Positions 8,567-18,052 are shown, counted from the stretch's first letter. The stretch is 33,577 nt of DNA from Syntrophomonadaceae bacterium (GCA_035560815.1 DATMYR010000067.1:1-33577); one strand, 5' to 3'. A program made the numbers and translations. Notes: generated from the letters alone by a model not told the origin.

Positions 8567-9523
8567 ATGGAGGAACTAGGGAAGAGGGCTATGGAGGGAG
8601 ATGTAAGGGCTGCCTCCCGACTGATAAGGAATATTGAAGACAACATCCCGGGAACCAATTTAGCGATTAAACAAATTTTCCCCCATACCGGTAAAGCCCA
8701 TGTTATAGGGCTGACCGGTGCGCCGGGAGCCGGTAAGAGTACCATAACCGATGAACTGATTATGGCTATTCGAAAAAAGAGCAAAACAGTGGGCGTATTA
8801 GCCGTTGACCCCACAAGTCCATTTACCGGGGGAGCTCTTCTGGGAGACCGAATTCGTATGCTGCGCCATGCAGAAGATACGGGGGTCTTCATCCGCAGTC
8901 TGGCCACCCGGGGGGCTATGGGCGGATTGTCCAAAGCTGTAGGCGATGGCATTCATGTTTTGGATGTAATGGGGAAAGACGATATCATCGTAGAGACTGT
9001 TGGTGTGGGGCAGCAGGAAGTTGACATTATCAATCATGCTCACACGGTGATCGTTGTTCTGGTCCCCGGCATGGGCGATGATGTGCAGGCGATTAAGGCC
9101 GGCTTGATGGAAATAGCTGATATTTTTGTAATAAACAAGGCTGATCGGGACGGGGCCAATAAGCTCTATAAAGAAACCAAGAATATGATCGGCATGGGTA
9201 AATGGTCCAGCGGTTGGGAGCCGCCCGTGCTCATGATCGAAAGTGTTATGGAGCCGCATTCTTTCGCGAAAAGCGTAGCAGAGCTCTATGATAAGATCGA
9301 AGAACACTACCAGCACTTGATCGATAAAAACCTGATGGCGGACCGGGCTTATCGAAAAGTAGTCACTGAACTGAATGACGCATTGCGGTCCGCTATCTTG
9401 GATCCGATTTTGGAAACCCTGAGTGCTTCAGGTGATTTCGATGAAATGATTCGGAAATTGATGATGAAGGAGTCTGATCCTTATACGCTGGCTGAAGCTG
9501 TGGCTGAAACGTATCTCAAGTAA
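8567..9523 (+). CDS. meaB: MeaB/ArgK-family G-protein chaperone of B12-dependent mutases
   Basis: P-loop GLTGAPGAGKST, switch region LAVDPTSPFTGGALLGDRIRM, ETVGVGQ, NKAD. The ATG at 8567 avoids overlap with the small subunit. An in-frame ATG at 8510 would overlap. Confidence 0.85.
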   Translation: MEELGKRAMEGDVRAASRLIRNIEDNIPGTNLAIKQIFPHTGKAHVIGLTGAPGAGKSTITDELIMAIRKKSKTVGVLAVDPTSPFTGGALLGDRIRMLRHAEDTGVFIRSLATRGAMGGLSKAVGDGIHVLDVMGKDDIIVETVGVGQQEVDIINHAHTVIVVLVPGMGDDVQAIKAGLMEIADIFVINKADRDGANKLYKETKNMIGMGKWSSGWEPPVLMIESVMEPHSFAKSVAELYDKIEEHYQHLIDKNLMADRAYRKVVTELNDALRSAILDPILETLSASGDFDEMIRKLMMKESDPYTLAEAVAETYLK

Positions 9524-9633
9524 CGAAGGATTCCATTTTCATGGCAGCTTTCCCGGAGGATATCACCGGTGCCCCGGCCGTAGACGGATTGGTTAGAAAA
9601 ACGGTTTACACGGGAAGGATGGTCAATATATCC

Positions 9634-10056
9634 ATGAAAAAGATGAAGATACTCTTAGCCAAAGCCGGCCTGGATCCCCATGACAAGGGCGTCAAATTAC
9701 TGGCCCACACCCTTAGAGATGTAGGTGGTCTTGATGTTGTCTACACAGGCCTCTACCGGACGGTAGAAGAGATTGTGGAAGAAGCCGTAAAGCACAATGT
9801 GGATATGGTTGGATTGAGCGTGCACACTGGTCTGCACATGACACTGTTTCCTACCTTGCGGGGACAACTGGATGGTGCAGGCCTCGGGCACGTACCGATT
9901 ATCGGCGGTGGAGTCATGCCCGACCAGGACATGAAGGCCCTAAAGACATGCGGGATTGTTGCTGAAATGTTTCGGTACACCCAAACTATTCAGGAAGTCA
10001 TCAATTGGCTATGGGCCGCCCAGGCGGCAGCAGCATGTCAAGAAGCAGCAGACTAA
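9634..10056 (+). CDS. Second stand-alone B12-binding domain protein (DxHxxG)
   Basis: KILLAKAGLDPHDKGVKLL ... VDMVGLSVHTGLH ... IIGGGVMP. Paralogous to the small subunit. ATG at 9634 after GGAAGGA. The long upstream extension from 9541 has no support. Confidence 0.75.
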   Translation: MKKMKILLAKAGLDPHDKGVKLLAHTLRDVGGLDVVYTGLYRTVEEIVEEAVKHNVDMVGLSVHTGLHMTLFPTLRGQLDGAGLGHVPIIGGGVMPDQDMKALKTCGIVAEMFRYTQTIQEVINWLWAAQAAAACQEAAD

Positions 10057-10070
10057 AGGAGGGAGTTCGT

Positions 10071-10610
10071 ATGGAACCTAGAAATGATGAAGATCAAGAG
10101 GCCATGAAAGATAAGGTCAAAACCCTGGCCAAAGGCAACTTCCGCAAGGGTTTGAACTGTGCAGAATCAGTGTATTTAGCACTGGTTTCCGCCGGGTTGG
10201 TGAATTTCCCACCGGAAACGGTAGCCTTAACGACGGTCTTTGGAGGTGGTATAGGACTGACTGGTGGAGTATGCGGGGCCCTGGTAGCTGCGGCTATGGG
10301 AATCAGCGCCAATCACGGACGCCGCGATCCAGCCCAGGGATCATTCGAAGAAATCGTCGACAGATTGTACGGCAATCCAGGACTATACCGCTTCTTTAAC
10401 CAGCTGCCGCATAAATTTGCCCAGGAGTTTGGGTCCACCCAGTGTGCTGAGTTGAACAAAGATTATCCTAACTGGTTTCAGAAAGAGCGTTTTCGTAAAT
10501 GTATGAACATAGTGGTTGAGACAGCCGGTTTGGCGGTAGACTATATTTATCAGGGTCAAAATGAAGGTTACAGCCAGGCCTTTGGTAAGAATATGGCCGG
10601 AAAAGCGTGA
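10071..10610 (+). CDS. C_GCAxxG_C_C family protein (putative redox-active, unknown function)
   Basis: LNCAESVY ... GGGIGLTGGVCGAL ... CAEL ... RKCMNIV matches the C-GCAxxG-C-C pattern. AAAGGAGGG ribosome-binding site 7 nt before the ATG at 10071. Confidence 0.7.
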   Translation: MEPRNDEDQEAMKDKVKTLAKGNFRKGLNCAESVYLALVSAGLVNFPPETVALTTVFGGGIGLTGGVCGALVAAAMGISANHGRRDPAQGSFEEIVDRLYGNPGLYRFFNQLPHKFAQEFGSTQCAELNKDYPNWFQKERFRKCMNIVVETAGLAVDYIYQGQNEGYSQAFGKNMAGKA

Positions 10611-10665
10611 ACGTGTCAAGAGAACAAAAGACGGCTTGACACCACCCTTGCGGCAGGGGGAGTCG

Positions 10666-11745
10666 ATGTTGAAACAACCGCTATTATTGCATATAAATCA
10701 CACGGTATTTCTTCGGGATGACGTCCTGGTCATGGTGGACCGGCGATATCTTCCTGGTAGGATTGAGGAAGTGTCTGCTCGCAGCTACGAAGAAGTGGCG
10801 GAGGCCATTGAAGGTATGATTGTCCAGGGGGCCGGTGATATTGCTATTACTGCTGGATATGGTCTATATCTGGCGGCCCGGGATGTGGAAAAGGATCCGA
10901 CTGCCAGTCAGGAAACTGTCTTGCAGTATCTAGAGAAGGCTCGGCAGCGGCTGGTTAGAACCCGGCCTACCGGGCATCATCTGGCGGCTCTTTTAAACAA
11001 AATGGTGAAGGAAGTAGACTGGGAGAAGGGCCGGTGTGCAGACCAACTCTTGGAGAGCGTGGAGCTGGCCATCGAGAAACAGCAGCGGCGTTCGGAACTG
11101 ACCGGCCGATGGGCTAGCGAGGTCCTGGAAAACGGGGATACCATATTGACTCATTGCTTTCCCGGAGCGGCTCTTTTGTATATGTTGTGTTTGGGCCGCG
11201 ATCAAGGTAAAGAAATAAAGGTTGTGGCCGGTGAAACACGCCCTTATCTGCAGGGAGCCCGGTTGACAGCCTGGTCCGTAGCCCAGTTGGGAATTCCCGT
11301 GACCTTAATCACAGATAATATGGCTGCCTATTGTATGAATGAAGGAATGGTGAACAAGGTGTTTACTGCGGCCGATCGTATTGCCATGGACGGGACGGTT
11401 GCCAACAAAGTGGGGACATTCCAATTAGCCCTGGTTGCCCGCTATCACCAGGTTCCTTTTTATGTGCTGGGCTATGGGGGACCGGACCGCAATTGTGCCA
11501 GTGGGGGCGACATCCCTATCGAAGTTCGCGATCCCCAGGAAGTTTTGTGTTTTAATGGAGTGAGAATAACCGGAGATAATGTGAAGGGCTTCTATCCCGC
11601 TTTCGATCTAACCCCACCCCAGATGGTGGAGGAGATTATCACCGACCGGGGAAGGTTTATTCCTTACCATATTCACCGTTACTGGAAAACTCGTCCCGAG
11701 GAAATCAATGGTTCGGGAGGTGTGTCACAAGCACGCTCTTTTTGA
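10666..11745 (+). CDS. eIF-2B alpha/beta/delta-family sugar-phosphate isomerase (MtnA-like; methylthioribose-1-P, 5-deoxyribose-1-P or ribose-1,5-bisP isomerase)
   Basis: Family motifs GAGDIAITAGYGL ... TRPTGHHLA ... LTHCFPGAALLY ... ETRPYLQGARLTAWS ... ADRIAMDGTVANKVGT ... VPFYVLG. Start at ATG 10666 after GGGGGAG. The ORF-track extension to 10561 overlaps the upstream gene. Confidence 0.8.
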   Translation: MLKQPLLLHINHTVFLRDDVLVMVDRRYLPGRIEEVSARSYEEVAEAIEGMIVQGAGDIAITAGYGLYLAARDVEKDPTASQETVLQYLEKARQRLVRTRPTGHHLAALLNKMVKEVDWEKGRCADQLLESVELAIEKQQRRSELTGRWASEVLENGDTILTHCFPGAALLYMLCLGRDQGKEIKVVAGETRPYLQGARLTAWSVAQLGIPVTLITDNMAAYCMNEGMVNKVFTAADRIAMDGTVANKVGTFQLALVARYHQVPFYVLGYGGPDRNCASGGDIPIEVRDPQEVLCFNGVRITGDNVKGFYPAFDLTPPQMVEEIITDRGRFIPYHIHRYWKTRPEEINGSGGVSQARSF

Positions 11746-11802
11746 CCAGTCGTTGGACCTACAAGATCGTCAATTCAACATCTAAAAGGGAGGGAAAAAG
11801 TT

Positions 11803-11994
11803 ATGTCGATTATAAAAAATACCGTTATTCCTCTGGGCCGCCCCTTATATATTCCCAGAGAGGGAATGAGTAAAGAGGATCTCGAAATTGAATCATCAGG
11901 TAATTACCTGGTTATCGAAAAACCGGATCACTTTATCATTAAAAACGATGAGTGCTGCCGCAGTATCCAAGTCATCATAAAAACCAAGGAATAG
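11803..11994 (+). CDS. Small hypothetical protein (63 aa)
   Basis: Strong ribosome-binding site (AAAGGGAGGGAAAAAG) before the ATG. No recognisable motif. Confidence 0.35.
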   Translation: MSIIKNTVIPLGRPLYIPREGMSKEDLEIESSGNYLVIEKPDHFIIKNDECCRSIQVIIKTKE

Positions 11995-12178
11995 GATGGT
12001 CAGATTCAGAAAGGACTGCATCTGAAAGGAGAGCGGATTCACCCGTCGGATATTGTTTCTGGCCGGGGCGATGGGAGTATACCAACTAGAATGGCTGCGC
12101 CCACCCATCGGGTGAACAGAATTTTATAAGACAGACAACCTGAATGAAGGACGGATTGAAGAGAGGGGTCAACGGCCT

Positions 12179-13360
12179 ATGATTCAACGGGAAGAACTGG
12201 AGTCCAGGGTGCAGAGATTGCAGCACCAAATGCAAGTGAATGATTGCCAGGGATTTCTGATTATGCAGAATGTAGATCTCCTGTATTTCAGTGGCACCAT
12301 GCAAAATGCTCAACTTTATGTTCCGATACAGGGTCAACCCCTCCTGTTCTGTCGCAAAAGTTGTGAAAGGGCCGGGCAGGAAAGTCCCTGGACCTTGATA
12401 CCGGTAATCAACTATAAGAGTATCCCTGAAAAGATGGCCGAGTTAGGGTGCCAAATTCCACTGCGCCTGGCTTTAGAATATGATGTTATACCTGTTAATA
12501 GCTACTTGTTTTGCCGGAAGCTCTTCCCTCAGGCCGAGTTTATGGACGGCAGTTCCTGGATAAAACATATTCGGGCGGTGAAAAGTCCAGCAGAAATTGC
12601 CGCGCTTCGAACAGCCGGAAAAAACATGGCTTTGGTCTTTGGCCAGGTTGCAGGCATGATTCGCCCCGGCATAAGTGAGATGACCGTGGCAACCGAAGTG
12701 GAAAGACTAGCTCGCCAGTTTAATCATCAAGGCCCTGTTCGCTTGCGGGCCTTCAACCAGGAACTTTTTTTCGGGCACTTATTGAGCGGGGTCAGTGGAG
12801 CATTAGCCAGTTTCAACGATGGGGCAGCTGGAGGTCCGGGCCCCGGTCCCTTTTATCCGCAGGGCTCCGGATCCAGGCTGTTGGCCGCCCATGAACCGAT
12901 TATTCTGGACTATGTAGGATGTTTTGACGGGTATCAAGTGGACCAGACGCGTTGTTTTACCATCGGTGCGCTGCCGGATAATGTGTATCACGCGTTTCAA
13001 GTGGCTTTAGAGATTCAGGAGGCGGTGACAACCAGTGCCCGTCCCGGTGTTGCACCCGCTGCATTGTGGAATATCGCTCTGGCGAAAGCTGAGGTCGAGG
13101 GGTTAAAGGACCACTTCATGGGTCATGGGACTGATCAGGCCAAATTCGTGGGCCACGGCATTGGGCTGGAAGTAGACGAGTATCCAGTCCTGACTCGAGG
13201 CTTCAATGAACCCTTGCAAGAAAATACCGTGTTTGCCCTGGAACCTAAATTTGTGTTTCCCGGCCAGGGGATGGTAGGGATAGAAAACACCTGGCTGGTC
13301 ACCTCATCAGGTGTGGAAAAGATTACGATATTTCCCGATGACCTGGTAGTCATCGATTGA
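12179..13360 (+). CDS. M24-family metallopeptidase (Xaa-Pro aminopeptidase or creatinase-like)
   Basis: Pita-bread fold motifs (AVKSPAEIAALR ... DYVGCFDGYQVDQTR ... HGIGLEVDEYP ... ALEPKF ... GIENT). Confidence 0.85.
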   Translation: MIQREELESRVQRLQHQMQVNDCQGFLIMQNVDLLYFSGTMQNAQLYVPIQGQPLLFCRKSCERAGQESPWTLIPVINYKSIPEKMAELGCQIPLRLALEYDVIPVNSYLFCRKLFPQAEFMDGSSWIKHIRAVKSPAEIAALRTAGKNMALVFGQVAGMIRPGISEMTVATEVERLARQFNHQGPVRLRAFNQELFFGHLLSGVSGALASFNDGAAGGPGPGPFYPQGSGSRLLAAHEPIILDYVGCFDGYQVDQTRCFTIGALPDNVYHAFQVALEIQEAVTTSARPGVAPAALWNIALAKAEVEGLKDHFMGHGTDQAKFVGHGIGLEVDEYPVLTRGFNEPLQENTVFALEPKFVFPGQGMVGIENTWLVTSSGVEKITIFPDDLVVID

Positions 13361-13382
13361 GAATCCAAGTGGAATACCTAGC

Positions 13383-13440
13383 GTCCCAACAATCCAAGTG
13401 ACAAGAATAACAAGTTGGGACCATATTCTATGTTTATACT
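13383..13440 (+). terminator. Probable terminator hairpin (GTCCCAAC ... GTTGGGAC, then a T-rich tract)
   Basis: 8-bp stem with a long 23-nt loop. Tail is CATATTCTATGTTTATAC. Lies 23 nt after the peptidase stop. Confidence 0.35.
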
Positions 13441-13766
13441 AAATATAGAGGGAATGTCTTATTACTCCCGGGATTAGGGCATTTATTCCAATATCTCATT
13501 ATCTCTTCATCAAATGGCAGCCTGCAGCAAGAACACATGATGAAATATTTTCCCGCCCACGAATATCTCATTTCACGCAACCCCGATCAGCTTAATATTT
13601 TCTATAATTCCAAGCTTTTTCGATAACTTTAGTCAAGTCCGGTAAGGATTCCCATGCGTATTCCGCAGAAGGAGGTGGGCATTAGCTGGCATCTATGATA
13701 TGGGGGAGAGTGTTAGACTGCTCCACAGGTTTGGAGAATTCTGTTGCCCAAAAGGAGGGGAGTTGC

Positions 13767-14132
13767 ATGAAGTACTGGGAAAATGACATCCTGTCCGGAA
13801 TCTCGGAAAGCTGCTATCTGGACCCTGCTTATCATCCCGCATGCCTGGGCTGTGTGGACCGCATGGACTGTTATGGAGAAGTATTGTATGCGGATTTTAG
13901 AGTAAAGGCTTTGATTATGAGTGAACTCTTAGATCACAGTGATTGCCTGAATCCAATGAATGCTGATCGACTGGCTGAAGCCCTCGGTGTGGAGTGGGAG
14001 GAGGAGAAGGTCCGTAAGATTCTCTTAAGCAATTACTGCACGGATGGCCGTATTAAACGTGTGGTAAAGCTGGCCTTGGAAAGTGAGCGACACAGTCCCC
14101 AACCCCGGATCAGGGAGCTGGTTAGGGTCTGA
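13767..14132 (+). CDS. Small Cys-rich hypothetical protein (about 121 aa)
   Basis: ATG at 13767 after AAAAGGAGGGG. Cys cluster SCYLDPAYHPACLGCVDRMDCYG. The upstream 24-codon extension in the ORF track lacks a ribosome-binding site. Confidence 0.5.
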   Translation: MKYWENDILSGISESCYLDPAYHPACLGCVDRMDCYGEVLYADFRVKALIMSELLDHSDCLNPMNADRLAEALGVEWEEEKVRKILLSNYCTDGRIKRVVKLALESERHSPQPRIRELVRV

Positions 14133-14161
14133 GTAAACGAATATAGAGTTGACGAAATGTG

Positions 14162-14202
14162 GGACGGTTCATATGCGGATAGCAGAACCGTCCTTATATT
14201 TG
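14162..14202 (+). terminator. Rho-independent terminator (GGACGGTTC / GAACCGTCC, then TTATATTTG)
   Basis: 9-bp perfect stem, 14-nt loop, U-rich tail, 30 nt after the stop at 14132. Confidence 0.6.
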
Positions 14203-14291
14203 CAAAATAACCATTCTTGCTGGCAGGATTATAGTCCGTTATTCAAGAATGCCTTGCCTAAGGTCTTAAAACTGTCGGCGGAGGTGTTGAG

Positions 14292-15608
14292 ATGAATATC
14301 ATCATTCCAGAGAATGTGCAATTGTTAATGACCAACCTCAACCAGGGAGGATACCAGGCCTATGTATATGGAGCCTGTCTCCGGGATCTGCTCTTGGGCA
14401 AACAACCTCTAAATTGGGACGTAAGCACTGATGCATTGCCTACTGACGTTTTGCTCCTTTTTGATGAGAAGGATGGTTATAGCGCTATTCCCGATGACCA
14501 TGACTATAGAAGCGTTCGGGTTATTTTCCAGGGGGAAAGCTGTAAAATCAGCACTTTTCAGACTGCCGAAGAAACCAGATTTTCCGGAGATATCAAGGAA
14601 GATTTACTCCATCACGATTTCACCATGAATTCAATCGCTTACAACAATCAACAGGGTATTGTCGATCCCTTTCATGGAGTACAAGATATACAGAAGCAAA
14701 TGATTCGCTGTGCTGGGAATCCTTTTGAACGCCTGCAGGAAGATCCAGTCCGCATTCTGCGAGCGGTGCGGTTTGAGGCGCAGTTGGGGTTCTATATGGA
14801 TGAAAAGCTTTTGGACGCGATCTCTTCCTCGATAAACACTCTTCCAACCTCTCATTCAACACAGGTCTGTAATGAATTAACTCAGATTCTCCTCACTCAG
14901 AAGCCGTCCTTTGGTATCAACAGACTGCTCGAACTGGGCCTCTTACGATGCCTAATTCCAGAACTTATTCCCACCGTGGGCTTTGACACCCATAGTTCTT
15001 ACCATGACCGCGATGTTTTTAAACACACTATGGTGGTTCTGGATCAGGCCAAAGCTGGCTTGAACCTCAGGCTGGCAGCCCTCTTTCATGATATCGATAA
15101 GCCCAACTGCCTGACCATTGATGAGGATGGAGAAGGGCACTGTTATGGCCATGCCAATAGCAGCAGCGAAGTGGCGGATAGTGTTTTATCCCGTCTGGGT
15201 TTCGACCGTAAAACCATTTATTCGGTGAAAGCCATCGTTAAAGAACATATGAACTGTTATGACAATATCAGCGAACTGAGCATACGACGCTTGATTCGTC
15301 GTGTAGGTCTGGAAAACCTGGACAGTTTGTTCGAACTGCAGATTGCTGATGCCTGCGGTTCGGCTCGTTCAGGGCGGAACGTTGACCGGGTGCTGGCCAT
15401 ACGCAGCAAATGTTGGGAGATGGTAGCCCGCCGAGAACCGTTGAGCACTCATGATCTAGACATTCATGGTTATGATTTGATGGGTCTGGGCTATCCTCCG
15501 GGCAAGGAAATTGGCCAGGCCCTGGAATATCTCCTCGATAAAGTCATAGATAATCCTACTTTGAATCACAAAGAAACCCTGATGGAATTACTCAAATCAA
15601 AAGATTAA
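14292..15608 (+). CDS. Pol-beta-superfamily nucleotidyltransferase with HD domain (CCA-adding enzyme / poly(A) polymerase family)
   Basis: N-terminal GGYQAYVYGACLRDLLLGKQPLNWDVSTDA (GG.VRD-like head motif), RDFTMN, C-terminal HD region (LFHDIDKP). Confidence 0.8.
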   Translation: MNIIIPENVQLLMTNLNQGGYQAYVYGACLRDLLLGKQPLNWDVSTDALPTDVLLLFDEKDGYSAIPDDHDYRSVRVIFQGESCKISTFQTAEETRFSGDIKEDLLHHDFTMNSIAYNNQQGIVDPFHGVQDIQKQMIRCAGNPFERLQEDPVRILRAVRFEAQLGFYMDEKLLDAISSSINTLPTSHSTQVCNELTQILLTQKPSFGINRLLELGLLRCLIPELIPTVGFDTHSSYHDRDVFKHTMVVLDQAKAGLNLRLAALFHDIDKPNCLTIDEDGEGHCYGHANSSSEVADSVLSRLGFDRKTIYSVKAIVKEHMNCYDNISELSIRRLIRRVGLENLDSLFELQIADACGSARSGRNVDRVLAIRSKCWEMVARREPLSTHDLDIHGYDLMGLGYPPGKEIGQALEYLLDKVIDNPTLNHKETLMELLKSKD

Positions 15609-16058
15609 AGCCGCGCTTTCATCATAGGCAACACAGGGGACAGGTGAACGAATTGAATTAGTAAATCGAAGCCCGTCCCCTCGGATTTATTGCCGAACAT
15701 CCTTCGAACCCATCTTTCAGGTGCCGGCGCCCGACCAGTCACTTCTTTCGTTATTACTCCATATTCTGAATAGAGAGGTACGTTCATACGTGTAATATAT
15801 TCATGACAGTTCCTGGCTAAACGGAGGGAAAATGACCAGTGTAGGAAGGATTATAGATAAAAAGAAAGAAATAGTAAAAATGATGGAGTAGATGAAGAGA
15901 ACACTCGAATGCTCCATCAGGAATTTTTGTTGTTCATATCAGAAATACCTATCATACATCTTATGAGGAATTCTATCAGGTCTTATGCGTAAAATCTTCT
16001 CTGGGGAACAGGTTTAGGTCCCCAGGGGAGAAATGTGTCTTGAGGAAGGAGAGCGAGG

Positions 16059-18023
16059 ATGAAGTACTGTACCAATTGTGGGCAGCAACTACCGGATGAA
16101 GCGGGGTTCTGTACCAGTTGCGGAACGGCTCAAAAGACAGCAGCCGTTGCCCCACCCCCGGTAGACCCAAGTCCGGTGACAACAATGCCATCTGCGGTGA
16201 ACCCAATTCCAGTGACGAATGCAGTCCCTCCGGCAGATCCCAGTCCGATGACAACGGCTCCAACTACAGCGAATCCGGTTCCGGTAACTACTGCAGCGCC
16301 CCCGTCTAATCCTGAGTCGGTGTCCATCCCTTATCAGGGTTTACCGCTGGGAGGGACGACCTATCCAAATGGGGCGCCGGGCACTCCGTTGGCTACGGCG
16401 GTTCCTCCGAAAAAGAGGCGTACATGGTTATGGGTTACCGGAGGAGTTGTATTGTTTCTGCTCTTAGCATGTGCAGCAGTCTACAGTATGGGGAATTTTT
16501 CGGGGCCCAGATCACCCAGGTTGGCATCTGCCAATACAGAGATGTTCTTGTGCGTGAAACCCAATATGTTTCAGGTCAACAACTTCAACCACCTGAGAGA
16601 CATATATATGGCTGTACCGGAAGTCAAAGATGCGGTAGAAAAGTTTAAAAAGCAGATGCAGGAAGAAAATGACATCGATTTTGACAAGGATATTGATCCC
16701 TGGTTGGGGAAAGAAGCTGCCCTCTTTATGCCCAAGCTCGATAACCAGGATAAGGTGGCCATGGCGATTGAGTATAAGGATGCCGAAAAAGCGAAAGCTT
16801 TTATGGCCAAGGCGGAAAACAATAAAAGCGCCAAACGCGAAACTTATAATGGCATTGAGATTACCACCTATCAAGGGGATGCTTCTATAGCCCTGGTTGA
16901 CAATTTTATGATTATTTCCAGTGACAGGGCTTTGCTGTTGGAGACCATTGACCGCAGCAAAGGAAAAATCAAAGACAATCTTGAATCCAATGCAGACTAC
17001 CAGCGAGTTTTGAGCGCCCTGCCTTCGAACCGGAGCGCGTTCTGGTACGTTAACTTAAAACAGGCCATGGCAAGCAGCAGTAAAGCTGGAATGGGAGACA
17101 TTTCCGGACTGAAAGACCTGTCAATGGCGATGCAATCACTGCAGGGAGCTGGGGCTGCTATTACGCTTGAATCCAATGGGGTGCGCGGGGACTATGTCCT
17201 GGCCTTTGATAAACAAGGAGTTCCCGATTACTTGAAAAACAGTGATAAGGGCAAAGAGGAGCTGAAAGCCACTTTGGATATGATGCCCGAAGAAACCCTG
17301 GGATTTTTGTATAGTTCTTCTCTGGTAAATATTGTACAGGAGAGCCTGAAAAATCCGGGCAGCAATTCCGACCTGGCTCAAATAAAAAGAAGTTTGAATG
17401 AAATACAGTCTGCTACCGGAATCAACGTGCAGACCCAGGTGCTTGATATGCTGCGGGGAGATGCAATTATAGCGGTCACTCCCCACTACGGAGACTTTTT
17501 CGGTCAGAGCGGTGCTCCGGTTAGCATGGTTCTGGCCCTGGGGGTGCAGGACCAACAAGCAGCCACCCGAAATACTGAGGATGTTCTGAGTAAAATGGAA
17601 AAGTTTGATCTGAAAGTGGATAGAAAAACTGTCAATGGCAGCAAGATGTACAATATCAGCCAGCAGTACGGGGGGGATTCTATTAGCCTGGGTTTGGGGA
17701 ACAAGCTTCTCATATTGGGCTCATCCCCAGAGCTTACCAACATAGTTTTGAGTAAGCACACCACCACGCTGGGAGCAAATTCCGACTTCAAGAAAGCATT
17801 TGATCCATTTCCCGGTGCCTGGGCGCCGCAGCTCTATGTGAATACCACAAAGGCTTCCAAAGCGGTGAGTGACAGTCTTACCGGGTCCGACCAGAGTGAG
17901 TACCGTAAACAGGTAATGCCCTGGATGGGACCGATGAAATCAATCTCCGCTGCCGACTCCGCCTGGGATCAAAGCAAAGCCGTGACCCAGGGAGCTTTCT
18001 TTATCCGGATCGAAAAACCGTAA
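16059..18023 (+). CDS. Membrane-anchored protein: N-terminal zinc-ribbon (CxxC ... CxxC), Pro-rich repeat linker, TM helix, large extracytoplasmic domain (DUF3352-like)
   Basis: MKYCTNCGQQLPDEAGFCTSCG zinc ribbon. PVTT-type repeats. Hydrophobic WLWVTGGVVLFLLLACAAVY. GAGCGAGG ribosome-binding site before the ATG. Confidence 0.8.
   Translation: MKYCTNCGQQLPDEAGFCTSCGTAQKTAAVAPPPVDPSPVTTMPSAVNPIPVTNAVPPADPSPMTTAPTTANPVPVTTAAPPSNPESVSIPYQGLPLGGTTYPNGAPGTPLATAVPPKKRRTWLWVTGGVVLFLLLACAAVYSMGNFSGPRSPRLASANTEMFLCVKPNMFQVNNFNHLRDIYMAVPEVKDAVEKFKKQMQEENDIDFDKDIDPWLGKEAALFMPKLDNQDKVAMAIEYKDAEKAKAFMAKAENNKSAKRETYNGIEITTYQGDASIALVDNFMIISSDRALLLETIDRSKGKIKDNLESNADYQRVLSALPSNRSAFWYVNLKQAMASSSKAGMGDISGLKDLSMAMQSLQGAGAAITLESNGVRGDYVLAFDKQGVPDYLKNSDKGKEELKATLDMMPEETLGFLYSSSLVNIVQESLKNPGSNSDLAQIKRSLNEIQSATGINVQTQVLDMLRGDAIIAVTPHYGDFFGQSGAPVSMVLALGVQDQQAATRNTEDVLSKMEKFDLKVDRKTVNGSKMYNISQQYGGDSISLGLGNKLLILGSSPELTNIVLSKHTTTLGANSDFKKAFDPFPGAWAPQLYVNTTKASKAVSDSLTGSDQSEYRKQVMPWMGPMKSISAADSAWDQSKAVTQGAFFIRIEKP
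16155..16315 (+). repeat. In-frame tandem Pro/Thr/Val-rich repeat (about 5 units of A/V-D/N-P-x-P-V-T-T)
   Basis: Repeated GACCCAAGTCCGGTGACAAC / AATCCGGTTCCGGTAACTAC-type units visible at DNA level. Encodes VDPSPVTT / VNPIPVTN / ADPSPMTT / ANPVPVTT. Confidence 0.7.
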
Positions 18024-18052
18024 ACTAGTTTCAATCATAATATGAACTATAT

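Noticed and set aside
9541-9633. 31-codon N-terminal extension of the second B12-binding protein, and similar extensions at 10005 (GCAxxG gene), 10561 (isomerase), 13695, 18092 and 30825
   Set aside because: The extensions lack ribosome-binding sites, overlap upstream genes or encode low-complexity peptides. Internal starts with GGAGG-type ribosome-binding sites fit better.
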